Source: a virus
Taxonomy: Duplodnaviria; Caudoviricetes
IMG/VR virus record: IMGVR_UViG_3300046717_000333
Span: 1 to 47,185 of that record
DNA length: 47,185 nt
Direction: 5' to 3' (one strand)
The position numbers and the translations under genes were made by a program. How positions within the stretch are numbered: the stretch's first letter is position 1; every line of letters begins with the position of its first letter. The notes beneath the pieces were generated by a model, which was given only the letters and a program-made list of their open reading frames with translations, was not told where the DNA came from and searched no databases. Of this stretch, positions 9,248 to 17,294 are shown piece after piece.

Positions 9248-9511
9248 ATGGATACGTGCCTGCGCTGCGAGGAAGAGATCGAAGACTTGGCGAACGCGGA
9301 GCGGATTACTCAGGTGGGTCAGGGCTGGGCGCGCCTTCGGTGGCTGCACCGAGAGTGTGCCCAGCGCAGTGCGATCGGCGGGCTCAACCATCTCAAGGGC
9401 ACCTGCCAGTGCGGCGGCGGCACCGACGATCCCGATCCGCCGGAGATGACCAAGCGGCAGGCGGCGCTGGCCGCCGTCGAATACTGGAGAGCGCACGAGG
9501 GGAGGGACTGA
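9248..9511 (+). CDS. Small Zn-binding protein
   Basis: CLRC...HREC...CQCGG. Confidence 0.7.
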   Translation: MDTCLRCEEEIEDLANAERITQVGQGWARLRWLHRECAQRSAIGGLNHLKGTCQCGGGTDDPDPPEMTKRQAALAAVEYWRAHEGRD

Positions 9512-9717
9512 TGGTCTGGCAAGAGGGGTGCGCGCTGGTGAACTTGATCCTGATGCCGATAAACATCTGGGCGGCCATGGTGCAGATCGAGAACGCTCGG
9601 CACGGGCTGGGCCTCGTCGGACGGGCCCGCGCCATCCTGGCCGAGGCGGACAAGGCCCGCGAGGAGGCCCGGCGGCTCCACGCGATAACGCTCGAACTGC
9701 TCAAGGGGAGGGACTGA
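9511..9717 (+). CDS. Small protein with a hydrophobic N-terminus
   Basis: TGATG coupling with GGAGGG SD. Confidence 0.6.
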   Translation: MVWQEGCALVNLILMPINIWAAMVQIENARHGLGLVGRARAILAEADKAREEARRLHAITLELLKGRD

Positions 9718-9953
9718 TGCCGAGTTGGACAGCGATGAGCGTCGAGGACTTCAACAAGGTGCTCGACGAGGCTGAGGCCTTGATGCGGACGATGCGGGAG
9801 CGCGCGACCGCAACGAATCCGCTCGCAATCGCGCTGGCGGGCGCGGCGATGATCAGCGTCTACTGCAAGAACTACGACGGTGATGCGATGTGGTTCTTCG
9901 AGTTGGCGAAGACCGGCGACATCGCCGCCTTTCTGCGGGGGCCCTCGTCGTGA
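9717..9953 (+). CDS. Hypothetical protein
   Basis: Same GGGAGGGACTGATG junction as the previous gene. Confidence 0.6.
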   Translation: MPSWTAMSVEDFNKVLDEAEALMRTMRERATATNPLAIALAGAAMISVYCKNYDGDAMWFFELAKTGDIAAFLRGPSS

Positions 9954-10357
9954 TCATCGAGACCGACGAAGAGCACCGGGTGTGCCTGGAGGCGCTCGAC
10001 TTCATGATGGAGTTCGCGCGCAGCGAGCAAGAGAGCCGCGGGATCGAAATCCTCTCGAAGGCCATCGAGGCCTACGAACTGGCCCACCATCCGATCGCCG
10101 ACCCGACGCCCGAGCAGGCGGCAGCCTTCCGGCTGGCCGAGGGCGGCCCCATCTGCGCGCAGAAGGGCCACGTCCCCGTGGGCGACGTTTCGGGCAAGAC
10201 GTGCAGCAGGTGCGGCATGGTGCTGACCATCATCCGCCCGCACGCGGTCGCCGTAGCGCTTCGAGAGGCCATCTGCAAAGGGAAGGGCCACACACCGACG
10301 CTGTCCTTCGGGGGGATGATCTGCTGCGCGCGCTGCGGGGAGACACTGAAGCCGTGA
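9950..10357 (+). CDS. HigA-antitoxin-like N-terminal domain fused to two Zn-ribbon repeats
   Basis: IIETDEEH..CLEAL...IEILSKAIEAYELAHHPIADPTPEQAAAFRL resembles the COG5499 HigA N-terminus; followed by C..KGH.P...CxRCG twice. Confidence 0.6.
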   Translation: MIIETDEEHRVCLEALDFMMEFARSEQESRGIEILSKAIEAYELAHHPIADPTPEQAAAFRLAEGGPICAQKGHVPVGDVSGKTCSRCGMVLTIIRPHAVAVALREAICKGKGHTPTLSFGGMICCARCGETLKP

Positions 10358-10611
10358 GTCGGTCCTTGCTCAAGCGGCTCAAGGTGATGGCGCCGGGGAT
10401 CGACTGGACAGCGCCGATCCCGATCACGATGACCCGGTTCATGCACGAGGAGGGCATGCCCGAGAAGCTGGAGAAGCGCGTCGGTTTCCTCTGCCGGATC
10501 TGCACGGCGGACAAGGGCTTCCAGCCGGCGCGGGACAAGGACGCGGTCTTCGACACCGAAGAGGCCTGTTTGAAGCACATCGAGGACAGCCACGTGGGAG
10601 GCAGGAATTGA
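10354..10611 (+). CDS. C2H2-like Zn-finger protein
   Basis: CRIC...KHIEDSH; GTGA overlap. Confidence 0.6.
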   Translation: MSRSLLKRLKVMAPGIDWTAPIPITMTRFMHEEGMPEKLEKRVGFLCRICTADKGFQPARDKDAVFDTEEACLKHIEDSHVGGRN

Positions 10612-10862
10612 TCAAGGTGGTACAGCACGTCCCGGGCTTCGTTTCGGGCGTCGAGCCCAACGTGGCCCAAGTGGCGACGACAGCGGACCTGTTGGCGCTG
10701 CCCTGGATAAAGCAGTACGAAAAGCGCGGCGATCCGCCGTTCTTCCGATTCAGTCAGAGCGACGGTCTGCTCATGGCCGAGTACGGGGACGGCAAAAAGT
10801 GGTGGGTGGTGGCGCGCCTGTCGGGCGACCCCGTCGACTTGCCGGAGTGGAAAAGCCGATGA
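10608..10862 (+). CDS. Hypothetical protein
   Basis: 84 aa; TTGA overlap. Confidence 0.65.
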   Translation: MIKVVQHVPGFVSGVEPNVAQVATTADLLALPWIKQYEKRGDPPFFRFSQSDGLLMAEYGDGKKWWVVARLSGDPVDLPEWKSR

Positions 10863-10864
10863 GG

Positions 10865-11026
10865 TCAGGGGATGTGGACGGTCTGCTTCGCGGCGATCCA
10901 GACGGCCACGAAAAGCCCGATGAAGAACGCGCCACGGCCGGCGTCCTTCGCGAGCGGGTTGCTGGAGACGGCCCAGGTGAGCAGGCCGACGATCAGGACG
11001 ATGATGGGGATGATGCCGATGAGCAT
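10865..11026 (-). CDS. Small two-TM membrane protein, antisense to its neighbours (moron-like)
   Basis: MLIGIIPIIVLIVGLLTWAV...AFFIGLFVAVWIAAK; a TACGCT -10 box 6 nt before the ATG suggests a leaderless mRNA. Confidence 0.7.
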   Translation of the reverse strand: MLIGIIPIIVLIVGLLTWAVSSNPLAKDAGRGAFFIGLFVAVWIAAKQTVHIP

Positions 11027-11203
11027 GGGGGAAGCGTACCCCGCGCCGCTAACGGCGGCGAGTCGCCCCATGCAGGAATTCGGCCCTCAAGGGGGTGAAG
11101 GGAGTGTGTGGAGGCCCAGGTGCGTCCTGCGGTCCTGCCCCCTGAGAAGGGTGCGGGCCAAGGTTGCCAGCCGAGTGAAGTCTACAACAACCAGGAGGAG
11201 ACA

Positions 11204-11611
11204 ATGAGCGCACTTCTGTGCAAGCACTGCGGGCGGCCGGGGCCGGGCGGGCGGGGCCACGTGCCACGGGACGAGGGGGACACGGTGCACGAATTCGAGC
11301 CGGTGGACATCGCCGATATGGCGATGGACTATTTCCGGTTCATGGTGCGCGAGGTCGGCTACGTCGAATCGCACGTCGACCTGGCGATCAGAAAGGCCAT
11401 CGCCGACACCGTGGCTAGCCAACGGCTCGACGATCCGGACCTCGACGGGACGGACGGGGCGCACCCGGCATGGTGGCGCGGCAGCGACCACGCCTGCGAC
11501 ATGGCGGCGACGCGGCTCTACGGGGCGATCATCGGCACAGACGACGGGAACGGGGTGCTGGCCCATCCGGGTCTCGAACGGATCCGCCGCTGGATCTTGG
11601 AGCACCGATGA
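11204..11611 (+). CDS. Hypothetical phage protein
   Basis: AGGAGGAG SD; CKHC and DGTDGAHPAWWRG motifs. Confidence 0.7.
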   Translation: MSALLCKHCGRPGPGGRGHVPRDEGDTVHEFEPVDIADMAMDYFRFMVREVGYVESHVDLAIRKAIADTVASQRLDDPDLDGTDGAHPAWWRGSDHACDMAATRLYGAIIGTDDGNGVLAHPGLERIRRWILEHR

Positions 11612-11925
11612 ACCAGACGATCACCTGTCCGAAGTGTGGGGCGCTGAGCTTTCATCCGGAGGACATCAAGAACCGCTACTGCGGGCGGTGCAACGCCTTC
11701 CAGGCCGAACGAACGAAGCCGAGCGACTGGGCGGCCGAGTGCGCGAAGAACTGGCTCAAGAAGGTCTACGGCGACAGCATGGCGCACACCGCGGAGCGGG
11801 CGATGGTCGAGGGGGCCGTCCGCGAGGCGCTGGCGATGGCGGCCGAGGTGGCGGACCAGCATCGCGACTGTTGTACGCCACGAAACATCCCGGGTTTGAT
11901 CCGGGCCCTCGGGGCTGCGAAATGA
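11608..11925 (+). CDS. Zn-ribbon protein
   Basis: ITCPKCG...YCGRCN; ATGA overlap. Confidence 0.7.
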   Translation: MNQTITCPKCGALSFHPEDIKNRYCGRCNAFQAERTKPSDWAAECAKNWLKKVYGDSMAHTAERAMVEGAVREALAMAAEVADQHRDCCTPRNIPGLIRALGAAK

Positions 11926-12323
11926 CCGCGCAAGTGTTCCCGATAGATGCGGAGACGATCGCCGGGGCGAAGGCGTACGCCGCCATCGCGGAGAAGCCCG
12001 AGAACTGGTATCGGCCCTTCGGGGGGTCGCCGATCCCAGGAGACAATCCCCACGGCAAGCTCTATCTGGGCACGCACTCCGTGGTGTTCACCTGGTCCGT
12101 TGCGCAGGACGGGTCAGTTCACCGCCACATGTCCATCCGGTCGCGGGGCAGCGCCTACGCGATGCCCTACGTGGTCTTCACGGCCGCGCACTGGCTAGGG
12201 TTCCGCAACGCCGAGGTCGACGAGCACGGCATCGTAAAAAAGGCGCCCGAGAGCTGGACCATCGTCGTCAACCCGGACGAGCGGACCATCGTCGTCGGGG
12301 AGCCAGTCGAGGCTGCGAAGTGA
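11922..12323 (+). CDS. Hypothetical protein
   Basis: ATGA overlap; 133 aa. Confidence 0.65.
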   Translation: MTAQVFPIDAETIAGAKAYAAIAEKPENWYRPFGGSPIPGDNPHGKLYLGTHSVVFTWSVAQDGSVHRHMSIRSRGSAYAMPYVVFTAAHWLGFRNAEVDEHGIVKKAPESWTIVVNPDERTIVVGEPVEAAK

Positions 12324-12595
12324 AGCGCTACAAAAGGGCCGAGGGGAGCGGGAGCGCAAGGTTGTGGCCGGCGAAGCGGTTGCCCTGGGAGAAGGGGCTC
12401 TCCAAGGAACTGTGCGCGATGCTGCGCGCGGGCACCGACCTTCAGATCGACACATCAAGGACTGTCGAACAACTAGCCGCCGACGTCGCGCTCCTGAAGT
12501 GGGAAGCGAGCCGCTGGCTCGACGCCCTCATCAAAGCCCCGGTGCGAAAGAAGCGAAGTAAGCGAAGAAAGCCCCCGGCGGGGGCGGCGAACTAA
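12320..12595 (+). CDS. Basic hypothetical protein
   Basis: GTGA overlap; K/R-rich C-terminus. Confidence 0.55.
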   Translation: MKRYKRAEGSGSARLWPAKRLPWEKGLSKELCAMLRAGTDLQIDTSRTVEQLAADVALLKWEASRWLDALIKAPVRKKRSKRRKPPAGAAN

Positions 12596-12619
12596 GCGAA
12601 GAAGGGTAGGGTGACCTAG

Positions 12620-12853
12620 ATGTTCCACTGGATCGAACGGTGCGACTGCGGCTTCGAGAAGGTCCTGCTCGTGGACACCGTGAAGGAGATGATCGAGTTC
12701 GTGGCCTACGCGACGGAGTTCATCCCGCGGGCCCAGCTGCTGCTCGACGGGAAGGTCCCGCTCGACGCGACCATCGGCTTCCGCTGTGGGGAGTGCTACG
12801 CCAAAGACCCAGGGCCGGCTCCCCTCTACGGGAGCAAGATCATCAAGGACTAG
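12620..12853 (+). CDS. Small Zn-binding protein
   Basis: CDCG...CGEC. Confidence 0.65.
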   Translation: MFHWIERCDCGFEKVLLVDTVKEMIEFVAYATEFIPRAQLLLDGKVPLDATIGFRCGECYAKDPGPAPLYGSKIIKD

Positions 12854-13203
12854 CGGCGGGGGCCGAACCGGACGGGGGGCTTTGCGCCGGGGTAGGCCTT
12901 CCGGATCTCCTCGGGGGAGAGCCGCCGAACGGGACCGCCCCTGGAGCCCTTCGGGGTCGGGTCCCACGCCGACGCCGGCCTCGGGCCGACCTTCGCAGCG
13001 GCTAGACCGAGCTTCATATCGGCGGCGTAGTCCCGCCGTTCCTGCCTCACCTTATCCTTGGCCCAATCGATCTTCGCCACGTCCACCATCCTCTCCAGGT
13101 GCTGCCCCAGTGTCGGCACCCGCACCACGGGGGACGCTGCCCCCGGCGGCAACGGCAAGTAATCCAGCCCCAGCAAAACCGCCTTCGAAGGGTCCCAATC
13201 CAT
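12850..13203 (-). CDS. Hypothetical protein
   Basis: 117 aa; AGGGGG SD; convergent with the plus-strand block. Confidence 0.6.
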   Translation of the reverse strand: MDWDPSKAVLLGLDYLPLPPGAASPVVRVPTLGQHLERMVDVAKIDWAKDKVRQERRDYAADMKLGLAAAKVGPRPASAWDPTPKGSRGGPVRRLSPEEIRKAYPGAKPPVRFGPRR

Positions 13204-13259
13204 AGCGGTAGCCCCCTATAAGACTAGGTTAATCCACACGTGCCCAAATTACGGTTTCT

Positions 13260-13905
13260 CTCCAGTCAGGTCGAGGTCGCACCATCCTGTCCGCACGACG
13301 CCGGGGCTACCGGTCCAGCGTCGTCGACAGGCGCACAGCTCACCCCTCGCGCGGGGCGCGTCGGGGTCACTGGGTCGTCGGTCCTGGTGAAGAGCACGCG
13401 TGAATGGTTCGTCCAGACTGGGCCCGATGTCAAGGACGCGTCAAAAGTGTTCACGACGCGATGCGAACGGGAGCCTCGGCGCTCTCCGCTGGGTGTCCTT
13501 GACCCAAAACCCCTCGGCTTGACCCGTGAAGGGCTGCCCCACGTGCTCGGCCCTACCGAGGCCCCCGATCGTATTCTACAGGGGACTGGTGCGAGAGGGG
13601 AGATCTAGCGCTGATCCCCCACCCCCCTGACTTGGGGGGGTGCCCCCTACCCCCTAGTAGAAGAGAGACTCAAGGCCCCCCCCAAGTATCGAGTGCCACC
13701 TAACGGAGGTAGCACTCTAGCCAAGGTAAGCCCCCGATATCATTGCTCTTACGCACACGCGCGAGGGCTATCGGGACACGTGACGGGACACGTTGCCTCA
13801 GGTCTCGTCTGTAGCTGTCAGCGTTGGACGCGGTGCGGCTGACGCGGTACGCGTGCTAGGGGGCGGGATAGGCTAACCGCGAACGAATAAGCGGCGCTAT
13901 CCCAG
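13260..13905 (-). other. Long non-coding, hairpin-dense region (candidate structured RNA, origin or packaging/terminus region)
   Basis: Several inverted repeats whose mismatches become G-U pairs on the minus strand; no convincing ORF. Confidence 0.45.
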
Positions 13906-14151
13906 AGGTTTCCGACGACGGCTAGCGAAACTCCTCAGCTCATCGGCTGTAACCCTTAGCCAACGTGTCTCACCGAATGGCCGGAACGCTACCAGTGCTC
14001 CGCTAGCAACCCACTGTGAGACCGCTTGGCGTGACACGTGGCAAGCCTTCGCTACCTCGGCAAGGGTAAACCAGCGGCGACTATTGCTGGCTTCACCTGC
14101 GCGCGCGTACACGCGATCTAGCCTACCGCGACATTTTGCCCCAGTGCGCAC
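13897..14151 (-). CDS. Excisionase-like helix-turn-helix (HTH_17-type) DNA-binding protein
   Basis: FTLAEVAKACHVSRQAVSQWVASGALVA...LRVTADEL; true start may be GTG at 14112. Confidence 0.75.
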   Translation of the reverse strand: MRTGAKCRGRLDRVYARAGEASNSRRWFTLAEVAKACHVSRQAVSQWVASGALVAFRPFGETRWLRVTADELRSFASRRRKPLG

Positions 14152-14296
14152 TTTGTTGCGCGCTAGGCAACACTGTTCACAGCTGGAGGCAACAGATCTT
14201 ACGCACGTATTGCCGTGACGATATGTGAAAGCCTAATAATTACAGGGATTGGTCATGCATTGCGAGTAGGCATTAGCCTTGCAATCTTCCCAAGGC

Positions 14297-14476
14297 ATGA
14301 ACGCCAATGAAAAAACCTCCGGTGAGTTAGCCCGGATCGTCCGTTTCGCCACTGCCCACGGCTACAGCGCAACCATCGAGTCGGACGGCTCGGGTGTTGC
14401 TCTCATGGCCGATGGCGACGATTGCGCGATCATCGTCGACACCATGGCCAAGTGCCGTACATGGGCGGGCTACTAA
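14297..14476 (+). CDS. Small early-region protein
   Basis: First ORF after an AT-richer divergent intergenic region. Confidence 0.6.
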   Translation: MNANEKTSGELARIVRFATAHGYSATIESDGSGVALMADGDDCAIIVDTMAKCRTWAGY

Positions 14477-14477
14477 C

Positions 14478-14705
14478 ATGCTCTCCACCCTGTTCCTGGT
14501 CATGCGCTTGACCCTGTTTGTTGACCAGTGCGATGGCAACGTCTGCAGCGTCTCCGTTGACGGCTCGGATCCGATCCTGGTCTCCACGGCACAGCTCCCC
14601 ACGTGTGCAGCCGAAGGGCTGCTCATCTCCCTGGACGGCAAGTGCACCACGCCGCGCGCGACTCCTAGCGCTCGCACTGACAGCGGCGCCGATTTCAGCC
14701 TGTAA
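14478..14705 (+). CDS. Small exported Cys-rich protein, DUF3006-like
   Basis: Hydrophobic N-terminus, then VDQCDGN...LPTCAAEG. Confidence 0.5.
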   Translation: MLSTLFLVMRLTLFVDQCDGNVCSVSVDGSDPILVSTAQLPTCAAEGLLISLDGKCTTPRATPSARTDSGADFSL

Positions 14706-14738
14706 CCACAACCCACAACCAACCGAGTGAGAAACGCC

Positions 14739-14966
14739 ATGATAGCCGTTCTACATACCTCGTCTCGCACCGTCGGAATCCGCGCCAGCAAGGCACGTCT
14801 TGACCGCATCGTACGCAGCGCGGCTGCTGTCGACGGTTGGGCATATATCACCGTCGCGTCCGGGCCCAACGTTCGTAGTGTCGTCGCTAGCACGCTAGCG
14901 GCAATGCCGATCGGCGCGACCCACCTGCACCTTGACACGTACGCCGCTATCGAAAGGGGCGAGTAG
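14739..14966 (+). CDS. Hypothetical protein
   Basis: ATG at 14739; in the early-region gene chain. Confidence 0.55.
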   Translation: MIAVLHTSSRTVGIRASKARLDRIVRSAAAVDGWAYITVASGPNVRSVVASTLAAMPIGATHLHLDTYAAIERGE

Positions 14967-14968
14967 CC

Positions 14969-15115
14969 ATGGTCGCCACGCTGATATCCGCACTGTGGAT
15001 CCTGCTTTCCCTACTACCCGCTTGTCCCGTCACGCCAGCACAGCCCACGATTGACGCTGGCGCCGAGACTTGGCTCGGACACATGGATCGCCCTGCAACG
15101 GACGTGCGTCGATGA
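14969..15115 (+). CDS. Small putative lipoprotein or membrane peptide (not in the ORF track)
   Basis: MVATLISALWILLSLLPAC...; fills the gap exactly and is ATGA-coupled to the next gene. Confidence 0.45.
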   Translation: MVATLISALWILLSLLPACPVTPAQPTIDAGAETWLGHMDRPATDVRR

Positions 15116-15432
15116 CACAGCTGCTGCTAGTCAGCAACGGTTTCCCCGTCGGCATCGGGCGCATCCTGCAAAGCACTGCTTACGACGGACGCGGGTCCTA
15201 CTACGTAGAGACGCCAGATCACCTCTGGTCTCTCATGTTCGAGCGCATGCAATCCCAGGTGGCAATCCGCGCCGCTGCTTTGGTTGCCTGGGAATCTCAG
15301 TTTCTGGGGCCCGGACATCGGGCCACGTCGGAATACTGGGATAGCTACCAGAAAGAGAAGGCTAAACACCGGGTTGATTACCCGATGCCTTGGGATCACT
15401 CGGTTTTCAACGCGCAATCGGAAGGGAAGTAG
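15112..15432 (+). CDS. Hypothetical protein
   Basis: ATG at 15112, coupled to the upstream stop. Confidence 0.55.
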   Translation: MTQLLLVSNGFPVGIGRILQSTAYDGRGSYYVETPDHLWSLMFERMQSQVAIRAAALVAWESQFLGPGHRATSEYWDSYQKEKAKHRVDYPMPWDHSVFNAQSEGK

Positions 15433-15434
15433 CC

Positions 15435-15821
15435 ATGCCACTCAATGAGCACACCAAACTACGTCGGGTCATCTTCCGCCCCTATGCGAAAGGGCAGGGT
15501 CCCACGTTTACGCTCGTCACATGGGACGCTAACGCACGCTTCGACACTGGCCAGCACAAGATCGGCTATCGCTTGACCATGATCGACGGTCGCAAGCGTA
15601 CCGTTCTGTTTGAGGCTGAGGATTGCGGCGTAGCACCGTCGGACGCAATCGATTCTGACAGCGCTATCGAAGGCTGTATGGGCTTCCTTACCCTTCGCCC
15701 TGGGGACACTGACGCCGACTACTTCGAAGGCTACACCGAGACACAGCTGGATTTCTGCGCCTCGCACGCTGAAGCGCTCTCGATGGAAGTAATGGCCCGC
15801 TACGGAACGGAGGAAGGCTAA
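15435..15821 (+). CDS. Acidic early-region hypothetical protein
   Basis: FLTLRPGDTDADYFEGYT motif; 128 aa. Confidence 0.7.
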   Translation: MPLNEHTKLRRVIFRPYAKGQGPTFTLVTWDANARFDTGQHKIGYRLTMIDGRKRTVLFEAEDCGVAPSDAIDSDSAIEGCMGFLTLRPGDTDADYFEGYTETQLDFCASHAEALSMEVMARYGTEEG

Positions 15822-15823
15822 CC

Positions 15824-16393
15824 ATGGTCTCTAACAATCGCTATCGGTTCTTTCGGGCGCACGCGGGCGGTATCGTCGGGCGCAATGCTGAAACCGCGTA
15901 TCAGCTCGCGCGCGCTGAAGAGTACGCCGCGGATCGTGGCTGGCGTTTCGACTGGGAGTCTGACGACGATCCCGATCTGTCATGGTGTGCATGCGCCGAT
16001 GGCAAGGTCAGTCACTCGCACGAGGTTTCGATCTGCACCTTGCGCGACAGTGCAGGCAAGGTGCTTGCCTCCCTCGGTGGCATCGTTGACGCCGATCGCA
16101 ACTATGGCCGGGTCATCGAAGCTGAGTTAGCCTCTGAGGCACTGTCAACGGGGCCCCGTCGATGCTCAATCCAGTGGATTGACCTCAAGACTGGCGAGCC
16201 TACTCCGGATGACAACGTTGCTGTTGCGCTAATCCAGTGCGTTCCGCATCAGCCTAGCGCTAGCGAACGCTGGCCAGTGTCGTCTCGCGCATCGGCCGTG
16301 TTTGCCTGTTGTGCTGAGCACCTTTCGCGCATGCCTAAGATCGGCCGTTATGGCTCGGCATGGGCGATCGTCGACACCTTGATCGCTGACTAG
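15824..16393 (+). CDS. Hypothetical protein, possibly two fused domains
   Basis: GGAGG SD; 189 aa. Confidence 0.65.
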   Translation: MVSNNRYRFFRAHAGGIVGRNAETAYQLARAEEYAADRGWRFDWESDDDPDLSWCACADGKVSHSHEVSICTLRDSAGKVLASLGGIVDADRNYGRVIEAELASEALSTGPRRCSIQWIDLKTGEPTPDDNVAVALIQCVPHQPSASERWPVSSRASAVFACCAEHLSRMPKIGRYGSAWAIVDTLIAD

Positions 16394-16453
16394 TTCGCGC
16401 CCTGCTTGCGCTCGCAACAACGTTGCTGGCGTTATGGAGGGAACGAAACAACC

Positions 16454-16837
16454 ATGGGCAAGATGACCAAAGCACAGAAGGCCGAACAGGAAGAATCACG
16501 CGACCATTTGCGCGCCATGCTCAAGCCAGGGCAAGAAATCTTGTGCGTCCTAAGGCACTGTTCCAAAAGTGGCATGCAACGGGTCATCGATCTGAAAGTC
16601 ATCGTTGACGGTGAAATCCGCGGCATCGGCTGGAGTGCCGCTATCGCCATGGGCGATCGGTTCGATCGCAATCGCGAGGGTATCGTCGTCGGAGGTTGCG
16701 GTATGGATATGGGCTTTCACCTCGTTTACAACCTCGGCGCTACCCTCTGGCCAAAAGGCACTGAGAAGCCCCATGGGACGCGCAATGGTGAGCCTGATAC
16801 CTCTGGAGGTTATGCGCTCAAGTCCCGTTGGATTTAA
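16454..16837 (+). CDS. Conserved phage early protein (GCGMDMGF motif)
   Basis: LRHCSKSGMQR and GGCGMDMGFHLVYNL motifs; GGAGG SD. Confidence 0.75.
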   Translation: MGKMTKAQKAEQEESRDHLRAMLKPGQEILCVLRHCSKSGMQRVIDLKVIVDGEIRGIGWSAAIAMGDRFDRNREGIVVGGCGMDMGFHLVYNLGATLWPKGTEKPHGTRNGEPDTSGGYALKSRWI

Positions 16838-16945
16838 ACAGGCCTTCGCCCTGGTACGCGCCCTATCGCGTCTAAAAACCCGCTAAACCCGCGTTGCTAC
16901 TAGTGACGCATTGTTCGAAGCAACACAAACAACAGGAGTGACGCA

Positions 16946-17236
16946 ATGCCCCGCATCGAGTCTCTAGGGTACGCCTTTGTCATACATGGCCGTGGCCATG
17001 GGTCCGAAGGCACGCTAGTTCAAACCGACTGGGACTATCCCGCTACAGCGGAGGGTTTCGGCTGGAGCTTGCGCCGCGTTCAAAAGCGCGGGTCCAAGGT
17101 GCGCTACTTCGCCCGACGGGCGCACGGGTGCGACCACCGCGGGACCGACGGTACGGTCAAGTGCCGTGACTGCGGTATCGAGCCTACAGACTTCATTCGC
17201 GCCGCGGATGAGTTTCTAAACCGCATCGCGCGGTAG
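16946..17236 (+). CDS. Small Zn-binding protein
   Basis: CDH...TDGTVKCRDCG; AGGAG SD. Confidence 0.7.
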   Translation: MPRIESLGYAFVIHGRGHGSEGTLVQTDWDYPATAEGFGWSLRRVQKRGSKVRYFARRAHGCDHRGTDGTVKCRDCGIEPTDFIRAADEFLNRIAR

Positions 17237-17294
17237 GTCCGTTCCCTGCACTTGCCGTCAGTGTGCGACTGACGGTTGTATGGAGGGAACGTAC

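Noticed and set aside
12320-12595. KRAEGSGS resembling an integrase N-terminus
   Set aside because: The match is too short and nothing else in the ORF resembles an integrase
13240-13608. 122-aa plus-strand ORF
   Set aside because: No SD, no recognisable motif, and it overlaps the hairpin-dense region; not called as a CDS
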